Under the pieces are notes generated by a model, which saw only the letters and a list, made by a program, of their open reading frames with translations, ran no database searches and was not told where the DNA came from. This document shows, one piece after another, positions 52,131 to 62,100 of a DNA stretch of 64,000 bases (positions within the stretch are counted from its first letter, which is position 1; each line of letters starts with the position of its first letter). A program made the position numbers and the translations under genes. The DNA lies in sequence record NC_025447.1; one strand, given 5' to 3'.

Positions 52131-52820
52131 ATGAAACGTCGTCATATTAGTGTTGATATTGAAGCTCTTGGAACACCTGAACTTTCCGGTTATGATATTA
52201 TTATCCCAAATTACGCAGCAGTAGTAGTTCCAAGTAAACCTGAAAATGACATTCGTCAGTTCTTATATATTAAATTACCATACCAGGATCAAGTTGCTAC
52301 TGGTTTAAAATCAGACGCAGGTGCAATGGATTTTTGGATGAATACATGTCAGAAAGAATACCCTAATGCATATTCTGAAGTTGCCAGTACTATGAAACTC
52401 AAAGCACCTGAACTGTATGGACCGAATGGTCAATCACGACGATTTTTTGCATACAGTAGTATTGTTGATTTCTGGAAAGAATTACGTTACAATGATTATG
52501 GTGAAGAAGTTCCTCATTCAGTCTGGGGTAATGGATGTAACTTCGATTGTAGTATTTTACAAGCAAACCATTTAAAACTAATGAACGCTGGTGAGTTGTG
52601 GAAGTATGATGCACCTGAAAATGCACGCACATTGAAACGTTTATTGAATGAAGAAGCTCGTATTGAAATGGATGAAATCGTTTCGGTACAGTTGGATAAA
52701 TTTATCACATATGCAAATACGTGTGGGATTAATGGGTTGGAGTTACATCATCCACTATTTGATGCAGCACGTGAAGCAATCCAGATTTCATTCTGTCTAA
52801 ACAAGCTTAAAATGGATTAA
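52131..52820 (+). CDS. DEDDh 3'-5' exonuclease (Rv2179c-like exoribonuclease family)
   Basis: HISVDIEALGT, VWGNGCNFDCSIL, HHPLFDA. Confidence 0.8.
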   Translation: MKRRHISVDIEALGTPELSGYDIIIPNYAAVVVPSKPENDIRQFLYIKLPYQDQVATGLKSDAGAMDFWMNTCQKEYPNAYSEVASTMKLKAPELYGPNGQSRRFFAYSSIVDFWKELRYNDYGEEVPHSVWGNGCNFDCSILQANHLKLMNAGELWKYDAPENARTLKRLLNEEARIEMDEIVSVQLDKFITYANTCGINGLELHHPLFDAAREAIQISFCLNKLKMD

Positions 52821-52823
52821 TAC

Positions 52824-53918
52824 ATGAATTTCATTATTCTGTTAATACCTGCTCTTATCGTTGTATTCGTTATGAAATACATGTACGATAAGCATATCAG
52901 TACTAAAGAACTATTGATTCATATTGGTTGTTGTCTGGTTGGTGCGGCTCTTGTTCTTGGTATTTCATACGCAATCAACTATAGCCAGCTTTATGATGTT
53001 GAGATTCTGAATGGTCAAGTAACTTCAAAATACAGCCACAAAGAATATTGCACACAATCTAGTTCATGTAAGCACTATACATGGCATGAGAAGTGCCATA
53101 CGCGATATGATAGTAAAGGTAAATCACATCGTGAGTGTGAATCATATAAGGTTTTTGATTACTCATATGAAGTTGATTGGTATGTGAAAAGTACAGTAGG
53201 TGAGTTTGAGATTGAACGTGTGAACCGTCAAGGTACAATGACACCACCACGATGGCAGCAAGTTATGATTGGTGACTATGCCGCAGCAGAGAGTTCATAT
53301 ATCAACTATCTATTTGCTGATAAGAACTCATTGTTTAGTCCTGAAGAACTACACAACATGTATGATGAAAAGTATCTTAGTACTATTCCAGAATACCCAA
53401 GTGTAGTTGATTATTACAAAACACATCACGTAATTAACACTACAAATTACAACGTTGATGGTTACGATGAATACCTTCGTAATGAGCTAAAAACGATGGG
53501 TGCACGTAAGCAGGTAAACATCCAAGTACTAGTATATGATTACAAAGATGTGGATTTTGTTGATGCTACCCTTGCATCGTGGCGTGGTGGTAAGAAGAAT
53601 GATGTTATTATGTTCTTTGGTATTGACAATGATGGTAACGTTGTTAAATTCAACAGTACATCATTTGCACAAGGAATGAAGAATGAAGATTTACATGCAA
53701 AGATGCGTATTGATGCATTAAATGAAAAATTAACTCTTGACTTACTAGTTAAAGAAGTACATAATATTGACGCACAGTTTGAGAGACTCTCTAATAAAGA
53801 GTTTGAGTACTTGTCAGTAAAAATGGAACCTAGAAAAGATGTTCTTATCGGTGCTTCCATTGTTTTGTTGATTCTGTCTATTTTCATTGGCCTTTATATG
53901 AGGGATAACGATTTATGA
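52824..53918 (+). CDS. membrane protein with Cys/His cluster and TPM-like domain
   Basis: Two N-terminal TMs and one C-terminal TM; WRGGKKNDVIMFFG; HKEYC...CKH...CH...C. Confidence 0.55.
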   Translation: MNFIILLIPALIVVFVMKYMYDKHISTKELLIHIGCCLVGAALVLGISYAINYSQLYDVEILNGQVTSKYSHKEYCTQSSSCKHYTWHEKCHTRYDSKGKSHRECESYKVFDYSYEVDWYVKSTVGEFEIERVNRQGTMTPPRWQQVMIGDYAAAESSYINYLFADKNSLFSPEELHNMYDEKYLSTIPEYPSVVDYYKTHHVINTTNYNVDGYDEYLRNELKTMGARKQVNIQVLVYDYKDVDFVDATLASWRGGKKNDVIMFFGIDNDGNVVKFNSTSFAQGMKNEDLHAKMRIDALNEKLTLDLLVKEVHNIDAQFERLSNKEFEYLSVKMEPRKDVLIGASIVLLILSIFIGLYMRDNDL

Positions 53919-54469
53919 ATGGTAAACTCCTTGCGTTAATTGGTATTTTGGTAGTTATCGTACTAATGGTGTTTGGTTCTATTAGTATGTATGTTGGTAC
54001 ACATGATCGTGCAGTTGAGTTTGAAGGAAACATTAAAAAGTACTATGATGCATCTGAAAGTCAACTTAGCAATTATAATCTTACTATTCAAGATAAGGTT
54101 CAAGTAGCAGATAAGTACAAAGATGCGTTGAAAGAAACGATTGAATCATACTTTAAAGGGCGTGAAGGTGTTGACCAGAAGTTTGTAATGTCACAGATTC
54201 AACAACAGGTTCCAAATCTTGATCCTAAAATTTATCAGGAATTGATGGTGACAATTGAAGCAGGACGTACAAAGTTCAACAATCTTCAGAAAATGAAAAT
54301 TGACCAGTGTACTGATTATGCTAAGTTCCGCAAAGGCTTCTGGAATTCCAAAATTCTTGATTCGAATACGTTTCCAAGTGAAAATATTGAACACCTTTGT
54401 ACAGTAGTATCTGATACGCGTACCAAGAAAGCAATGGATACTGGTATTCAAGAATCAATTAAACTATAA
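53915..54469 (+). CDS. LemA-like membrane-anchored protein
   Basis: N-terminal TM followed by coiled coil; IEAGRTKFNNLQKMKID. Confidence 0.5.
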   Translation: MNGKLLALIGILVVIVLMVFGSISMYVGTHDRAVEFEGNIKKYYDASESQLSNYNLTIQDKVQVADKYKDALKETIESYFKGREGVDQKFVMSQIQQQVPNLDPKIYQELMVTIEAGRTKFNNLQKMKIDQCTDYAKFRKGFWNSKILDSNTFPSENIEHLCTVVSDTRTKKAMDTGIQESIKL

Positions 54470-54478
54470 TTAAATGTT

Positions 54479-54502
54479 GGGAGTACTTTGTACTCCCCTT
54501 TT
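54479..54502 (+). terminator. rho-independent terminator
   Basis: GGGAGTAC-TTT-GTACTCCC plus T tract. Confidence 0.7.
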
Positions 54503-54516
54503 CTATGGGGTGTACT

Positions 54517-55092
54517 ATGTTTTTAAAAAATACTTATGAATTAATTAAAATGCTTCAAAATATGAATTCAGGTGGATTGTTTCCCTATTACTCTGAGGAT
54601 GAAACTCATCGTTTAGTCCTTAAATTGGATGAAACTGGACGTATTATATCACTAAGAACAACAGTTCCCAGTGTAGAACCAGTAATTACCAAATCGACTC
54701 AAAATTCAGGAACTGCTGTTCAAACACCACAAATGTACACGATTAGCACTCCACCTATTAAACGAGTTGCTTGTATTGTGAATATAAAAGTATCTAAGGA
54801 CTATCGTGACTTAATATCAGTAGAATGGTCAGAACTAACATCATCATTAGCAGGAAATGGATTTGTAGTATCTAATGGATTTGTTACTACAAATCCAAGT
54901 CCAGCACAAAATGTGAAAGAAGGACAACAGATCATGAGTGCATTGTATCTTAGTAATGGTTGTGTTATCATCAATGGTAAGTTGTATAGCGATTCCGACC
55001 CCACAGCATTCACTGAAGATTTGATTGGTGATAAAGAATACAGCATTCTTGAAATTATGAATTTTAAAAAGGTATATGAAAACCATGACTAG
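54517..55092 (+). CDS. hypothetical protein
   Basis: ATG 54517; about 191 aa. Confidence 0.65.
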   Translation: MFLKNTYELIKMLQNMNSGGLFPYYSEDETHRLVLKLDETGRIISLRTTVPSVEPVITKSTQNSGTAVQTPQMYTISTPPIKRVACIVNIKVSKDYRDLISVEWSELTSSLAGNGFVVSNGFVTTNPSPAQNVKEGQQIMSALYLSNGCVIINGKLYSDSDPTAFTEDLIGDKEYSILEIMNFKKVYENHD

Positions 55093-55657
55093 ATTTCATC
55101 AAGATGATTTGCCATTTATACAAGAACTAGAAGAACTGGTGATAAGTATTATGGATGAAATTAGTACTTGGGATATAACAGTTTTTCGAAATGTATATGA
55201 TAAAGTGGTGAATTTTAAAAATGTTAATATTGAAGTAAAACATAATAATTTTTACTTAACAAAACAATTCATTCTAACTCGTCCTGGAACAAAGCCAGTT
55301 AAACGTAATTTGTCATTCGGACACCTGGTTGGTGCAGAAAATGTACATGATGAATGGGTTGATTCAATCTATTCGTATACAAAAGCACTTATTCCTGATA
55401 TTGAGAAAAAATATTATCTTAGTATAACATTAGATGAAAACGGAAATCTTAATGCATATTCAATAAATTCTTCTTCAAATGTTCCATTACATTCAGTGAC
55501 GATTGGTGATAAAAAAATGCTAATAAATTCTGAAACATGGTATAATAGAGAAAATTTCGCAGCAGAATCATTTCAGTACTCAGTATCTGAACCAAAGTCA
55601 CCTTTTGATTTAGTGTTTGTTAATAATATTATTTTACGTTTTGGTGTAGGAGTGTAA
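55076..55657 (+). CDS. hypothetical protein, weak member of the EExxFQxS family
   Basis: AAESFQYSV near the C-terminus. Confidence 0.65.
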   Translation: MKTMTRFHQDDLPFIQELEELVISIMDEISTWDITVFRNVYDKVVNFKNVNIEVKHNNFYLTKQFILTRPGTKPVKRNLSFGHLVGAENVHDEWVDSIYSYTKALIPDIEKKYYLSITLDENGNLNAYSINSSSNVPLHSVTIGDKKMLINSETWYNRENFAAESFQYSVSEPKSPFDLVFVNNIILRFGVGV

Positions 55658-55660
55658 TTT

Positions 55661-56014
55661 ATGCTAATTTATTTAAGTGTTATTGTAATTTCGTTACTGG
55701 TATCATTCGCTGTTCTTAAAATTGTTGCTATTTGTAGAAGTAAGATTGATAGTTCTGAAACTAGATCAGTACTTGACTTGATTATGGATCATCCTAAAAT
55801 CTGTGGTATTATTGTATTATTCGTTGTACTGATTAATACATATATTGTCAGGGAACATTTATATAATATGTATGATTGTAGTGTACGTTCTATTTCACAA
55901 GGTGTTGAAACAGACTATAGTTGGTACTATGAGAAATGTCGATTTAAAAACCAGCATGGTATTTGGGTTGATTTTGATAAACTACGTGGAACTCCTTCAG
56001 GAGAAGAAGAATAA
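55661..56014 (+). CDS. membrane protein
   Basis: Two hydrophobic segments; SD AGGAG. Confidence 0.7.
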   Translation: MLIYLSVIVISLLVSFAVLKIVAICRSKIDSSETRSVLDLIMDHPKICGIIVLFVVLINTYIVREHLYNMYDCSVRSISQGVETDYSWYYEKCRFKNQHGIWVDFDKLRGTPSGEEE

Positions 56015-56016
56015 TT

Positions 56017-56508
56017 ATGTTTGAATTCCCAGAAGAGTCATTTAACTTCATTGACCCTACTGATGATGGATACCGACATATTAACATTTATAGTAAAGCC
56101 AGAACGAAGTTAGGTAGAGATCTATCTAACTTTTCTTCGCACAGCTTCAAACTTGAACCATATGGATGGTTCCCATCAGTTGAAACATTTTACTTTTGGT
56201 TTTTAACTGGTCAAAAACATGATGACCTTAGAAAAGTATCTGGGGCAGCAGCAAAGGCCGCCGCTAACAAATATATGCATGATCGAATTGAAATGACAGA
56301 TGATTGTATCTCAATAATCCAAGATGCTATTTGTGCTAAGATAATTCAAAATCCAGAGTTAGCCGAAAGATTAAGAAAAAGTAAATTGCCTTTTTACCAT
56401 TACTATGTATATGGTGGTAAAGTTGTAGATGTATCCGACGAACATGATTGGTTTGTTAAAACATTCGAATATATAAGAACGGTGTTAAAGGAAAACTATA
56501 ATGGGTAA
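56017..56508 (+). CDS. NADAR-family protein (T4 gp30.3-like)
   Basis: INIYSK...LGRDLSNF...FPSVETFY...LPFYHYYVYGG. Confidence 0.65.
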   Translation: MFEFPEESFNFIDPTDDGYRHINIYSKARTKLGRDLSNFSSHSFKLEPYGWFPSVETFYFWFLTGQKHDDLRKVSGAAAKAAANKYMHDRIEMTDDCISIIQDAICAKIIQNPELAERLRKSKLPFYHYYVYGGKVVDVSDEHDWFVKTFEYIRTVLKENYNG

Positions 56509-56779
56509 ATGTTGGGTATGTGTCAAGGTGTTTGATGAAGAATATGAAATAATATTAGATGTATTACCACAGCAGTACATGGTGTGTAATGAAAAATACA
56601 AATTGGACACCTACCCGACCCCCATGTACATGGGAATATGTCCTTTGTGTGATTCAAATGGTGTGTCCAATAGTGAGATTTCATTCACTAACCAAGCCAC
56701 AACTAACTGTGTATCTGGGTATATAAGAGAGAATCGAGAATATTTTATTAGGAGATTATATGAACGACAAAATCTTTGA
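56501..56779 (+). CDS. hypothetical protein
   Basis: 92 aa with CxxC. Confidence 0.6.
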   Translation: MGKCWVCVKVFDEEYEIILDVLPQQYMVCNEKYKLDTYPTPMYMGICPLCDSNGVSNSEISFTNQATTNCVSGYIRENREYFIRRLYERQNL

Positions 56780-56990
56780 TACATATGACATCGATACTTT
56801 ACTAACACCATCTGATAACAGTACTGTTAAAATGGACATGTACTGGATTGTCGTTGATAAAAAAGTATTTAGACATAAAATTACTAAAGTTTGGCAATGT
56901 AATAAAAACAAATCTATTGTTGAGGGATTGGCACAATGCATTCCTAATGCAGAGGTTTTATTTTTACCATACGCATATACAAAGGAATAA
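56760..56990 (+). CDS. hypothetical protein
   Basis: SD AGGAG, 76 aa. Confidence 0.7.
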   Translation: MNDKIFDTYDIDTLLTPSDNSTVKMDMYWIVVDKKVFRHKITKVWQCNKNKSIVEGLAQCIPNAEVLFLPYAYTKE

Positions 56991-56991
56991 A

Positions 56992-57153
56992 ATGAAAAAA
57001 ACTTGGAAAATATTCACAATACCTGCTATAATGTTGTTATTGGCACTTTTCACACCGCAGAGTCATGTATTGTCTCTTAATATTGTGGAAATAATTCTTC
57101 TTGTAATTCACTGTGTCGTGTGTTATAATTATGTAAAAGGTGATAAAGAATGA
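56992..57153 (+). CDS. small membrane protein
   Basis: ATG 56992 after AAGGA; hydrophobic. Confidence 0.6.
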   Translation: MKKTWKIFTIPAIMLLLALFTPQSHVLSLNIVEIILLVIHCVVCYNYVKGDKE

Positions 57154-57572
57154 AGTTCTTTAAAATTCGAATTGGTGTAAGTTCTGGTTTATCTCATTGG
57201 GTATTTTATGATTTACCTGATAGTTATACTATTGATGATGTAATTGATTTATATACCGAAGATCAACAATGGGTGTTAGATACCGAAACACATAGAATTG
57301 ATTGTCAAGAGATTAGTGAAGAAGATTACAAGCACGGAAAGCAAGCCATGAAGTATTTTGAAACAAATATCAAAATGCTGTCTGAAAACGTATTTCCTGT
57401 AAAAGAATGGGCAATTTTACTTGCTAATCCTAAAAAACCTGTTAGAATTGGTTATCCAAATTTTCATATGGTGTATCGTATGAATGATAAGCGAGAGCTT
57501 AACTATCAATACGATTACGATTCATCTAAGTTTGGAGTTCTTAAACAATTTTTAAAGGCTTATCCAGTATGA
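57150..57572 (+). CDS. hypothetical protein
   Basis: ATGA overlap. Confidence 0.7.
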   Translation: MKFFKIRIGVSSGLSHWVFYDLPDSYTIDDVIDLYTEDQQWVLDTETHRIDCQEISEEDYKHGKQAMKYFETNIKMLSENVFPVKEWAILLANPKKPVRIGYPNFHMVYRMNDKRELNYQYDYDSSKFGVLKQFLKAYPV

Positions 57573-57904
57573 GTGAAGATAGTAAAGAGTATATTTTACG
57601 TTGTTCTTGTGGCGATAAAATGGAGCATTGCGTTCACATTGCACAATTTGACTTGACAGAGGAATATGGAGATGATAAACTTGGTCAATGTCTGATAAGT
57701 ATGCGTTTAAATCCTTTTTTAAAATGGTATAACCGTGTATGGGTTGCAGTAAAGTATGTTTTTGGTGTAAACGACTATCAATATGTAGAAGCAACAATTG
57801 ATGTTGACATTCTAAAAGAAGTTGTGTTACAATTAGAAGATACTAGAACTGATGAGGTTAAAAAAGAACAAAGAGAAAAACGTACTGATGTGAAGGTTTT
57901 ATGA
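57569..57904 (+). CDS. hypothetical protein
   Basis: ATGA overlap; RCSCG...HC. Confidence 0.7.
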   Translation: MSEDSKEYILRCSCGDKMEHCVHIAQFDLTEEYGDDKLGQCLISMRLNPFLKWYNRVWVAVKYVFGVNDYQYVEATIDVDILKEVVLQLEDTRTDEVKKEQREKRTDVKVL

Positions 57905-58095
57905 GTACTGAACTTTATGAAAAAAAGTACTGTACAAATTGCTCAACTGAGTATACAATACAAGGTATGTTGATTTGTACAATATGTCAGTCAAAGAAAT
58001 CAGCAACTTTCATCGTTGATGATAGATTTGGTGATTTGAAACAGTTTAAAGCAAACCGCAATCTTCGTATTTTTAGCAATCTAAATAAGGAATAA
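57901..58095 (+). CDS. small zinc-ribbon protein
   Basis: CTNC...CTIC. Confidence 0.65.
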   Translation: MSTELYEKKYCTNCSTEYTIQGMLICTICQSKKSATFIVDDRFGDLKQFKANRNLRIFSNLNKE

Positions 58096-58098
58096 TAT

Positions 58099-58527
58099 AT
58101 GAATATCGAACAAACTATCCGTGAACATTCTTTCTTCGCTCCAGAAACTGGTCGTGTTATTGAGAGCGTCAAAATCGAAGAACTAATGGTCAATGTTAAA
58201 TACAAAGAACCAAATGATGAGATTAGCAGTACTTTTTGTGCTCTACGTGCACCATTCCGTAATGAAAAAGCTAAGAAACCAGCATATGTTCTTGCCATTG
58301 CACTGGGTTGTGTTGTAAAACTTGCAGTTGATGAAAATCTTCTGAATATTAAAGTTGCACCAAGCAATGACGATGAAAACATTGATTTGAACTTTGATGG
58401 TTCTCTTGATGAAGATGTATTTTTCCAACAGTCACTTGTTTACGACTTCCGTACAGTGACACATTCTCACATCAAGTTCATTAATGAAATGGTTGAGATT
58501 GTTGCTGAATACGAAGAATCTCTCTAA
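58099..58527 (+). CDS. EExxFQxS-family hypothetical protein
   Basis: DEDVFFQQSLVYDF. Confidence 0.7.
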   Translation: MNIEQTIREHSFFAPETGRVIESVKIEELMVNVKYKEPNDEISSTFCALRAPFRNEKAKKPAYVLAIALGCVVKLAVDENLLNIKVAPSNDDENIDLNFDGSLDEDVFFQQSLVYDFRTVTHSHIKFINEMVEIVAEYEESL

Positions 58528-58580
58528 GTAAATACAAAAGCCTCCATTATGGAGGCTTTTATCACATAAGGAAATGAAAT

Positions 58581-59132
58581 ATGATAGACCAAATTAAAAT
58601 CCTTACAAAGCAAATCACTGATTTTCTTTCTGATAAAGATGGATTTAATACAGAAGTAAAAATGCACGGTGTTAGTGTTGATGTAATTGCACCAAATGGT
58701 AATGTAACAAGTTACGACATGTATGAATTACTTCTTTATACTCTAGCAGTACGTAAACTAGGTAGTGATATTGAACTCAATATCAATACTGATGAAAGTG
58801 GGAATAAAATTTTTGCAATCAACACCAGTGCTAAATTCGATATCAGTACTGAAATTAAAAAAATAAATGAAAGTTTTATTGGCTTTAAGCATGAATCAAT
58901 TCAAAGTGTTTTTATTGGAAAGCAAACTTCTAATAGTGAATGCCCATATTGTGTAATGACTTTATATAAAGATGGAAACTGGATGCGTCAAGATTTAGTA
59001 TTTGCTGAACTTCTGTATGCATTTACACATGAACTTAAAATCGAATTGGACGATAGTGTTTATTGCTTTAAGAAAATTCGAAATATAACTAAAGATATAC
59101 AAACCCAACTTAAAGAATTAAATGATAAATAA
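58581..59132 (+). CDS. hypothetical protein
   Basis: 183 aa after the terminator AAAGCCTCCA/TGGAGGCTTT. Confidence 0.7.
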   Translation: MIDQIKILTKQITDFLSDKDGFNTEVKMHGVSVDVIAPNGNVTSYDMYELLLYTLAVRKLGSDIELNINTDESGNKIFAINTSAKFDISTEIKKINESFIGFKHESIQSVFIGKQTSNSECPYCVMTLYKDGNWMRQDLVFAELLYAFTHELKIELDDSVYCFKKIRNITKDIQTQLKELNDK

Positions 59133-59292
59133 ATATACCAGAAATGGTTAACATATCATGTTACTTTCCTCCCTTACATAATAATGATGCGTTATTATAT
59201 TTTCATTTTGTTCTTATTCCCCTTTTGGTACAAAATCATTTTAGTACTGCCCCGATCTTCGGGGCATTTTTCTTATCTAAAATTGAGGATAT

Positions 59293-59688
59293 ATGAAGAA
59301 CAATATTGGAACTTCAATAATTAAACCACTTTCTTATTACCTTGAAAAATTTAGAAGCACAAATGGTAATAAATTTAATAATATATTTCAGTTCTCTCAT
59401 AAAGAATATATTACAATTGATCATTTTTCAAAGAAACTAATGTATGTAAATGATAATAGTCATATTATTAAATTATCATTCGATATTGAGTTAGATAAAT
59501 TAACATTTACGGAATACATTAATCAAAAAACTTCTTTTTTATGTCAATACAATAGGAAAGTATATAGTAATATTTCTATGTATCTAAATGATGAATATCA
59601 CTTTCAACAATCTACAATAGAAGAAGTATTGTTCAGTACTGAAGAATTAAAAGAACTATATTACTGGTATAATTATTTCACATCTTGA
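59293..59688 (+). CDS. EExxFQxS-family hypothetical protein
   Basis: NDEYHFQQSTIEE. Confidence 0.7.
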   Translation: MKNNIGTSIIKPLSYYLEKFRSTNGNKFNNIFQFSHKEYITIDHFSKKLMYVNDNSHIIKLSFDIELDKLTFTEYINQKTSFLCQYNRKVYSNISMYLNDEYHFQQSTIEEVLFSTEELKELYYWYNYFTS

Positions 59689-59713
59689 CATTATTGTGGG
59701 TTTATCCTACAAT
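59685..59713 (+). promoter_or_regulatory. sigma70-type early promoter
   Basis: TTGACA-N17-TACAAT upstream of the paralog run. Confidence 0.7.
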
Positions 59714-59743
59714 ATATGATGATGCTGCATTGAGGATAAATTT

Positions 59744-60154
59744 ATGAGTTTAGATTTACACAATGAACTAAAATATTTTTTAGATTTGGACATATCAGAA
59801 TTGAACCACCACGTCAATCATATGACTAGTACTGTATGGTGGTCTAATGATCAAGACGACCCAATTATCCAACTAAGTGATGAATCGTCAATTATGCGAT
59901 TTTATAAGATTAATTATAAAAAGAACATCAAGATCACATATGTACCATACAAAAACATACTACTAGTCGAAACACTTAATCCAAGTTCTTTATTAAAAAT
60001 CACCGATTTAGATACATTACAAACAAGTGAATCTTTATTCCAACGTTCATTAGTTGATGATCTTGGTGGTATTACTTTTGAAGATATATTACAATTGAAG
60101 AATATGTATAGTGAATTGTTGGAGATTAAAAACACTTTAGTAATGGGGAATTGA
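59744..60154 (+). CDS. EExxFQxS-family hypothetical protein
   Basis: TSESLFQRSLVDDLG. Confidence 0.7.
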   Translation: MSLDLHNELKYFLDLDISELNHHVNHMTSTVWWSNDQDDPIIQLSDESSIMRFYKINYKKNIKITYVPYKNILLVETLNPSSLLKITDLDTLQTSESLFQRSLVDDLGGITFEDILQLKNMYSELLEIKNTLVMGN

Positions 60155-60155
60155 T

Positions 60156-60560
60156 ATGGTAAGTTTACTAGATATTGATAATACCAGTTTAGTGCTGGTG
60201 AAAAAAGGTTTAATTCCAAATTCTAAAAAAATTGATTATGCTGTTATTGAAACAAATATTGGAAATATCTGGTACGACTCTGAAAGGGATATTGTGTTTA
60301 GCTGTGTAGACAGTGATCGTTCTGAATGTTGTAGAGTCGGTCATGACGGACAATTTGTTTTTGAATTTCGTTATTGGAAGGACGCAAAATTTCACCAAGA
60401 ACTGGTTGCTTTGTCAAATGAACTATATACAGAAGAATCGTTCTTCATGGCTAGTACTATTAATGATTTTGGTTCAGTTACATTTGAGTACTATAAAAAA
60501 ATATACGCACTATCCAGAGAAGTTATGAAAATTATCAGAACTGCTGAAGGTAAAGAATAA
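60156..60560 (+). CDS. EExxFQxS-family hypothetical protein
   Basis: TEESFFMASTINDFG. Confidence 0.7.
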   Translation: MVSLLDIDNTSLVLVKKGLIPNSKKIDYAVIETNIGNIWYDSERDIVFSCVDSDRSECCRVGHDGQFVFEFRYWKDAKFHQELVALSNELYTEESFFMASTINDFGSVTFEYYKKIYALSREVMKIIRTAEGKE

Positions 60561-60561
60561 C

Positions 60562-60939
60562 ATGACTACTATATATGATATTTTGGGTGTTCTGAGTAGA
60601 AATATAGATGATGATTTTGTTATTGTTCAAGATACTAGAAATACATTTCAACTACCAATAGGTTCACCAGATAGGTTAATTTTTAATAGATACTCAAATG
60701 AACTAACTTACATCCATGATGGGATTGCAATTGTATCAGTTTCTATAAACGACTATACAATACGATATGTATATGACTTCAACGATTATTGTACAAGAAT
60801 CCACAGTATTGATATTTCCGAAGAGGAACTATTCCAATTGTCATTGATTGAGAAAAATGTAATAGGAATTACAGAAATTGGTATTATTAAAAAAGCATTA
60901 AACTATACAAATATAAGAATTAATGGTGGGTGCAGATGA
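60562..60939 (+). CDS. EExxFQxS-family hypothetical protein
   Basis: SEEELFQLSLIEK. Confidence 0.7.
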   Translation: MTTIYDILGVLSRNIDDDFVIVQDTRNTFQLPIGSPDRLIFNRYSNELTYIHDGIAIVSVSINDYTIRYVYDFNDYCTRIHSIDISEEELFQLSLIEKNVIGITEIGIIKKALNYTNIRINGGCR

Positions 60940-61391
60940 ATGTTGACGAAATAAAAAATCATTTTGAAATTGCAATGTCATGTGAATTTGACACACAACG
61001 TGTTCATGACCCGAAAGAACATATACGCATTTGTTGTGAATTGTCAGATGATTGTAATATTTTTATTGGAAAAACCTATGACATGATCGATCTTTCATGT
61101 ATAGATCCATTGGAAAGAAAAACAAAATATTTATATCTGTACAACACAACATCAGATACGATTGCAATACAACTAATATCAACCACAACATCCCACAGTT
61201 ATTATAACATAACTGAGGTTAGTAGTTTAACGTTAACCGAAGAAGGATTCTTTCAACAATCGCTTATTCGTGAAATTGGTGTTAGTTATGATGAGTTAAA
61301 TGTATTAGTAGATTGTTTCGAAAAATTGAGTACTTTTGTATTATCCCTTTTTAATATACAGTCGCAAAATCCAATGGTGGTGAAATGCTAA
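60930..61391 (+). CDS. EExxFQxS-family hypothetical protein
   Basis: TEEGFFQQSLIREIG. Confidence 0.7.
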   Translation: MQMNVDEIKNHFEIAMSCEFDTQRVHDPKEHIRICCELSDDCNIFIGKTYDMIDLSCIDPLERKTKYLYLYNTTSDTIAIQLISTTTSHSYYNITEVSSLTLTEEGFFQQSLIREIGVSYDELNVLVDCFEKLSTFVLSLFNIQSQNPMVVKC

Positions 61392-61825
61392 ATCCAAGTA
61401 AATTTCTCCACTTACTTTCGATAACATCAATACCGGATCTTACCAGTGAAACTAATGAATATCGTGAAGCTGGGGTGGTGTCTATGGAACTCGATACATT
61501 TGACCACAAATGCTATGTGACATATGACCCACCGCGTTATGGTAAAGAACATTCTTCTTTTATTTTTGTATTCGTATACACGGTATATGATAATACAACA
61601 CTTGATGATGTTTGTATTGACACATACGAAATTTGTGATAATATCATAACTGATGACAACAATAACTCATTTGATATGTCACTATATAACACAGAAGAAT
61701 CGTTGTTTCAACTTAGTACTGTTATTGATGCACCATCATTAGAAGATATAAAACAATTTCAAGAACATCTTGACGCAGTTCGTGAGATGTTCTATAATCA
61801 TTATCCAGAAGTAGAGTTCAATTAA
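61385..61825 (+). CDS. EExxFQxS-family hypothetical protein
   Basis: TEESLFQLSTVID. Confidence 0.7.
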   Translation: MLNPSKFLHLLSITSIPDLTSETNEYREAGVVSMELDTFDHKCYVTYDPPRYGKEHSSFIFVFVYTVYDNTTLDDVCIDTYEICDNIITDDNNNSFDMSLYNTEESLFQLSTVIDAPSLEDIKQFQEHLDAVREMFYNHYPEVEFN

Positions 61826-61839
61826 CTAAAGGTAATAAG

Positions 61840-62100
61840 ATGACTAAAGTAGTTCGTAAACGCCACATGATGAACATGGATGAATTTCGCACATTTGACA
61901 AATATCGTACTATGTTTCGTATGCTTTCACAGGGCCGTCCAATCGTCATTGTAACAGAGAATTACATGTCACCTGAGATTATGTTTGGTAATTATGAAAA
62001 GGTCTTCATGTTGTACGTGAAGCGTGGATTACTTGCAATCAAGACATTAACTGAAGCAACTGATGAAGATATGGATGGTGATAATACCTTTACCATGTGA
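61840..62100 (+). CDS. hypothetical protein
   Basis: 86 aa, SD AAGG. Confidence 0.65.
   Translation: MTKVVRKRHMMNMDEFRTFDKYRTMFRMLSQGRPIVIVTENYMSPEIMFGNYEKVFMLYVKRGLLAIKTLTEATDEDMDGDNTFTM

Noticed and set aside
57987-58382. 131-aa minus-strand ORF
   Set aside because: Overlaps two well-supported + genes; no minus-strand signals
59133-59280. Open hydrophobic frame continuing past the TAA of ORF 58581 (possible readthrough)
   Set aside because: TAA is the dominant stop here, the region contains a terminator hairpin, and no other gene suggests stop-codon reassignment
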